Below, piece by piece: positions 60,920-64,000 of a DNA stretch of 64,000 bases. The notes under the pieces are model-generated. The model was not told the origin of the DNA, searched no databases, and saw only the letters and a program-made list of their open reading frames with translations. Each line of letters begins with the position of its first letter. Position 1 is the stretch's first letter. This stretch comes from Fibrobacteria bacterium (GTDB lineage: Bacteria; Fibrobacterota; Chitinivibrionia; Chitinivibrionales; FEN-1185): the NCBI GenBank assembly GCA_037447435.1, contig JBBIGR010000026.1:1-64000 (forward strand). The letters are read 5' to 3'. Position numbers and translations under genes: made by a program.

Positions 60920-63742
60920 TCATTTATTTCTAACTAACAGCACTGATGAGCCACTCACCTTGAGCATACCGGAACCATAAAAACCATCCATGCTGGAATA
61001 GAGGTAACGATAGCTCGCAAAAGTTGCATCCATTTCCGTTGCACTCCACCAACTACCGGTACCACCATTGCCTCCAAAACTTCCACCATCATCACGATAG
61101 CCACCAGGAAGGGCCGAAAAACCGCTTCTATTGTTTGTCGTCAAATCAGTGCCTATTGCTCCAGGTGTCGCAGATGTTGCCCAGTCTGTTTTTGCTGCCA
61201 AAGATTTTGCTATCTTATCGCCCGTTGTTGTTCCATCCCAATTATAGCCATTAGCAATCAAATAATTTTGCAATGTATCCCATTCCGCTATTGTTGGAAT
61301 ATGCCATCCTGCAGGAGCAAGCTTACCTGTGTTTATGGCATACCAATTATAAAGCGCTCCGAATTTATTAATGCTATCGGTATTGGCCGAGTTTCCATAA
61401 TAACAATAGCCTGGCGTGCTAAGAGCAGCCCATGTCGCATTGTCTGTAACTTTTGGTATTACAGTGCTGTCGTTATATCTTGTTGCTCTAAAATTTTGTA
61501 TCATCCATGTTTGGTTGCCAATTCTGACAGTATCGTAAACATTCCCATCAATATCTTTAACACTCCACTTAGCATATACAGGAATGTTGCCGGTTACAAT
61601 TGTATTCGCGGTAAATGATGTTCCATGTCCGTTTGTTCCAGTCCACCATCCATCAAAGACAAACCCTATTTTGGTTGGTGCCGTTGGCAGCGAACCGATT
61701 GTTGTGGCAGGTGATGTTACGCTTTTAATTGTGGGATTTGGCGCGACAGTTGCGCCTTGCCCATCAAAGGTAACAGTGTAAGTGTTTGGTGACCATTTGG
61801 CATAGAGAATTACATTTACAGAAGCCATTTGAAATGTAGATCCGGGTATACGATCTGTTCCAGTACCCGTGGAATTAGTATTCCAACCCGTAAAAGTATA
61901 CCCCGTTCGCACTAAGGACCCACTATTATCAAGTACCGATATCGTTTCACCGTTAATATATGCGTTATTGTCAACCGGAACAGATCCTCCAATGTTTCCG
62001 TTACCATTATAAGTGACGGAAAAAGAAGGTATCCATTTCGCATAAAGAATGATTGGTGCTATAATAGGAGTGGAAAAATTGAATTGAATGGTCAATGCCG
62101 CATCTGAAAACCAACCCGCAAATATATTGCCAATTTTTATAGGTATTGTCGGCGAAGTGGCGATTGTATTGTAAATCACCTTTTGATTATCGACGGTACT
62201 CCCGCCATTGCTATTGAACTGGATTGTAAATGAATCTATTAACCATTTGGCATATAGGTTAATATTTGTTGATCCCATAGCAAAAGTTCCAGATGCAGTA
62301 TATGTTGTCCCACTTCCATCCGCAATTGTATTCCAGCCAATAAATGTAAATCCAGTTTTCGCTAGGCTACCATTACTTTGCACTGCCACCATAGCGCCTG
62401 ATTCGTATCTGATTGTATCAATGGGAACGGTTCCATTTGTATTGCCATTTCCATTATAGCTAACCGAATATTTGGGAATATTCACCGTTATAATTGCCCC
62501 GGATGAATCGCGCCCGGCGGAATTTTGAATGATCACATAATACAAACCGGAATCGATGCTTGCAATACTGGTTTTTTTCCAAAAGGTTTGGGTGCCGCTC
62601 ATGAGTAAAATTCCCGCATGATACCAGGAATACAACGGCGCGGGAACCGCATCGGTATTGATACCGACCGACAGCAGTACGGAATCGCCTTTGTTAACTG
62701 TTTTATTGGAAAGCGGCAACATGACGCGGGGTGCGACTTTATTTGAATCGCTATTCGCAATTTTGCTTATTTCAAGGAACACCTTTAACGTATCGTCTTT
62801 TATCGGCACGCCGTTGTCGAAAGCCCGGAATATGACGGTGTCGTTCTTTATGGAATCCGTACCCAAATATCCGGCAGGAACGGCCCAGATGAATAACGAA
62901 TCGTTGAAGCGATAATTGGCAGGAGCCTTGAGCACTTTTATGGAATCGATTTGTCCGACATCGGGATCGGTTGCTTTAACCGTAAGCGAGCATATGCCGG
63001 TCGCCGATATTTTATTTTTCACTTTAACAAGAGATAAAATCGGTTTCGAGTTTACAACGGTCGTATTGGAAATTACCGACACCGTCGAAGTTGCCGAGCT
63101 AACCGTATCGCCCCATTTATCGGTCACGAAACAATAATAGGTTCCCGAATCGCTAAATGAAATATGGTTCAATAAAAGTGCGACATCCGTTTTTCCGGAC
63201 AATTGCGATGATCCGTGATACCATTGATAGGTAAACGGTCCGTCTCCCTCCGGGGAAACGGTGAGTGTTGTCACGGAATCGGGATTTTGGATTACGGTGG
63301 TTGGTTTTACGGATGCTTTTATCGATTTCCCCGCAATGCGAATTTCGCCGCTTTGCGTCGATGTTCTTCCGCCCTGTATATCGGCAATGACCGAAATCAC
63401 CCATCGTCCGGCAGTCGTAAAAGTCAAACCGTACCATAGCGTATCGGCATTGAAAGTTTTGATGACAAATGCCGAATCGGTGTTGTTCTTGAATTTAATA
63501 ATTGTAAAGGTTATCGAATCGATGAGATTGGAAACCGAAGGGCATACGCCGATTCTGACCGCATTGCCCACGGTATCGTACACGATGCTTCCTGAGGCCA
63601 AAACGCCTTTGGAATCCCTAAATGCCAACGAAATTTTGGCATTGTCGGCATCGGTAAAGGGGTTTTGCGGGTTTGTGCAAAATAACGCGAGAAGAAGTAA
63701 CGGCATTACATATAATAATACCGGCAAAATCTTTTTATTCAT
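60920..63742 (-). CDS. Surface lipoprotein with Ig-like domains, four InlB B-type (Listeria-Bacteroides) repeats and a C-terminal Fib_succ_major (FISUMP) domain
   Basis: Lipobox LALFC; YQWY/DSGTYYC Ig motifs; four units ending (L/V)YAKW; DIDGNVYDTVRIGNQTWMIQN, GALYNWYA, PAGWHIPT, GFSALPGG, WWSATE. Confidence 0.88.
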   Translation of the reverse strand: MNKKILPVLLYVMPLLLLALFCTNPQNPFTDADNAKISLAFRDSKGVLASGSIVYDTVGNAVRIGVCPSVSNLIDSITFTIIKFKNNTDSAFVIKTFNADTLWYGLTFTTAGRWVISVIADIQGGRTSTQSGEIRIAGKSIKASVKPTTVIQNPDSVTTLTVSPEGDGPFTYQWYHGSSQLSGKTDVALLLNHISFSDSGTYYCFVTDKWGDTVSSATSTVSVISNTTVVNSKPILSLVKVKNKISATGICSLTVKATDPDVGQIDSIKVLKAPANYRFNDSLFIWAVPAGYLGTDSIKNDTVIFRAFDNGVPIKDDTLKVFLEISKIANSDSNKVAPRVMLPLSNKTVNKGDSVLLSVGINTDAVPAPLYSWYHAGILLMSGTQTFWKKTSIASIDSGLYYVIIQNSAGRDSSGAIITVNIPKYSVSYNGNGNTNGTVPIDTIRYESGAMVAVQSNGSLAKTGFTFIGWNTIADGSGTTYTASGTFAMGSTNINLYAKWLIDSFTIQFNSNGGSTVDNQKVIYNTIATSPTIPIKIGNIFAGWFSDAALTIQFNFSTPIIAPIILYAKWIPSFSVTYNGNGNIGGSVPVDNNAYINGETISVLDNSGSLVRTGYTFTGWNTNSTGTGTDRIPGSTFQMASVNVILYAKWSPNTYTVTFDGQGATVAPNPTIKSVTSPATTIGSLPTAPTKIGFVFDGWWTGTNGHGTSFTANTIVTGNIPVYAKWSVKDIDGNVYDTVRIGNQTWMIQNFRATRYNDSTVIPKVTDNATWAALSTPGYCYYGNSANTDSINKFGALYNWYAINTGKLAPAGWHIPTIAEWDTLQNYLIANGYNWDGTTTGDKIAKSLAAKTDWATSATPGAIGTDLTTNNRSGFSALPGGYRDDGGSFGGNGGTGSWWSATEMDATFASYRYLYSSMDGFYGSGMLKVSGSSVLLVRNK

Positions 63743-63797
63743 TTATTGTCCTTTATTGTAGTATCCTTCGACAAGGTCAACGAATGCGTTTTCATTT

Positions 63798-63865
63798 CCC
63801 TCACCCCTCTTCCCATTAATGGGAGAGGGGAAAAGGGGAATGGGGTTAAGAAGTGAGGGTTAAAA
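63798..63865. repeat. REP-like element copy
   Basis: CCCTCACCCCTCTTCCCATTAATGGGAGAGGGGAAAAGGGG...GGTTAAG..GTGAGGGTTAAAA. Confidence 0.8.
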
Positions 63866-64000
63866 ATAGAATTTATGTAGTCCTACATTTTAACTCATTA
63901 GTAACATATAAAATATTATTCCGCAAATAAGAGGTATGTGATTACCGTCACATTTTTGTCTTTATCCAAATTTATTTGGTTATTCGGTATCCGTTTATCA

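Noticed and set aside
60920..61200. FISUMP C-terminus as a diversity-generating retroelement variable region
   Set aside because: No reverse transcriptase and no template repeat differing at adenines was found in the window.
1..64000. tRNA, rRNA, integrase or transposase genes
   Set aside because: None recognised by eye in the sequence or ORF track.

Overview
A 64-kb region, probably from a Fibrobacterota (Chitinivibrionia/Chitinispirillum-like) bacterium. That call is inferred from three TIGR02147-family genes, a Fib_succ_major (FISUMP) domain lipoprotein and many T9SS-like sorting domains. The window is a dense cluster of secreted carbohydrate-active enzymes: GH2 x2, GH3 x2, GH5 x2, GH20, GH71/99-like x2, GH87-like, GH116-like, GH141-like, PL6-like and other beta-helix proteins. 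About 20 proteins carry a C-terminal T9SS-like domain, and no SusC/D pair is visible. It also holds a PAS-GAF-PP2C phosphatase, a divergent Ddl-like ligase, a Tat/DUF362 protein, a fused MFS-spermidine synthase, a RelE/ParE toxin-antitoxin pair and four REP-like palindromes. The main candidate for a new system is three cassettes, each a TIGR02147 HTH-like gene translationally coupled to a carbohydrate-binding lipoprotein gene. Each cassette sits next to its own DNA motif. One motif (GTGGAAC-N4-GTTCCAC) recurs four times, always 51-52 nt before a -10-like hexamer upstream of a glycoside hydrolase gene, which suggests a carbohydrate-sensing activator regulon. Also notable are a candidate structured leader RNA/sRNA with a perfect 22-bp hairpin, two in-frame TAG codons and one frameshift in CAZyme genes. 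Family assignments come from motifs recognised by eye; no database search was run.
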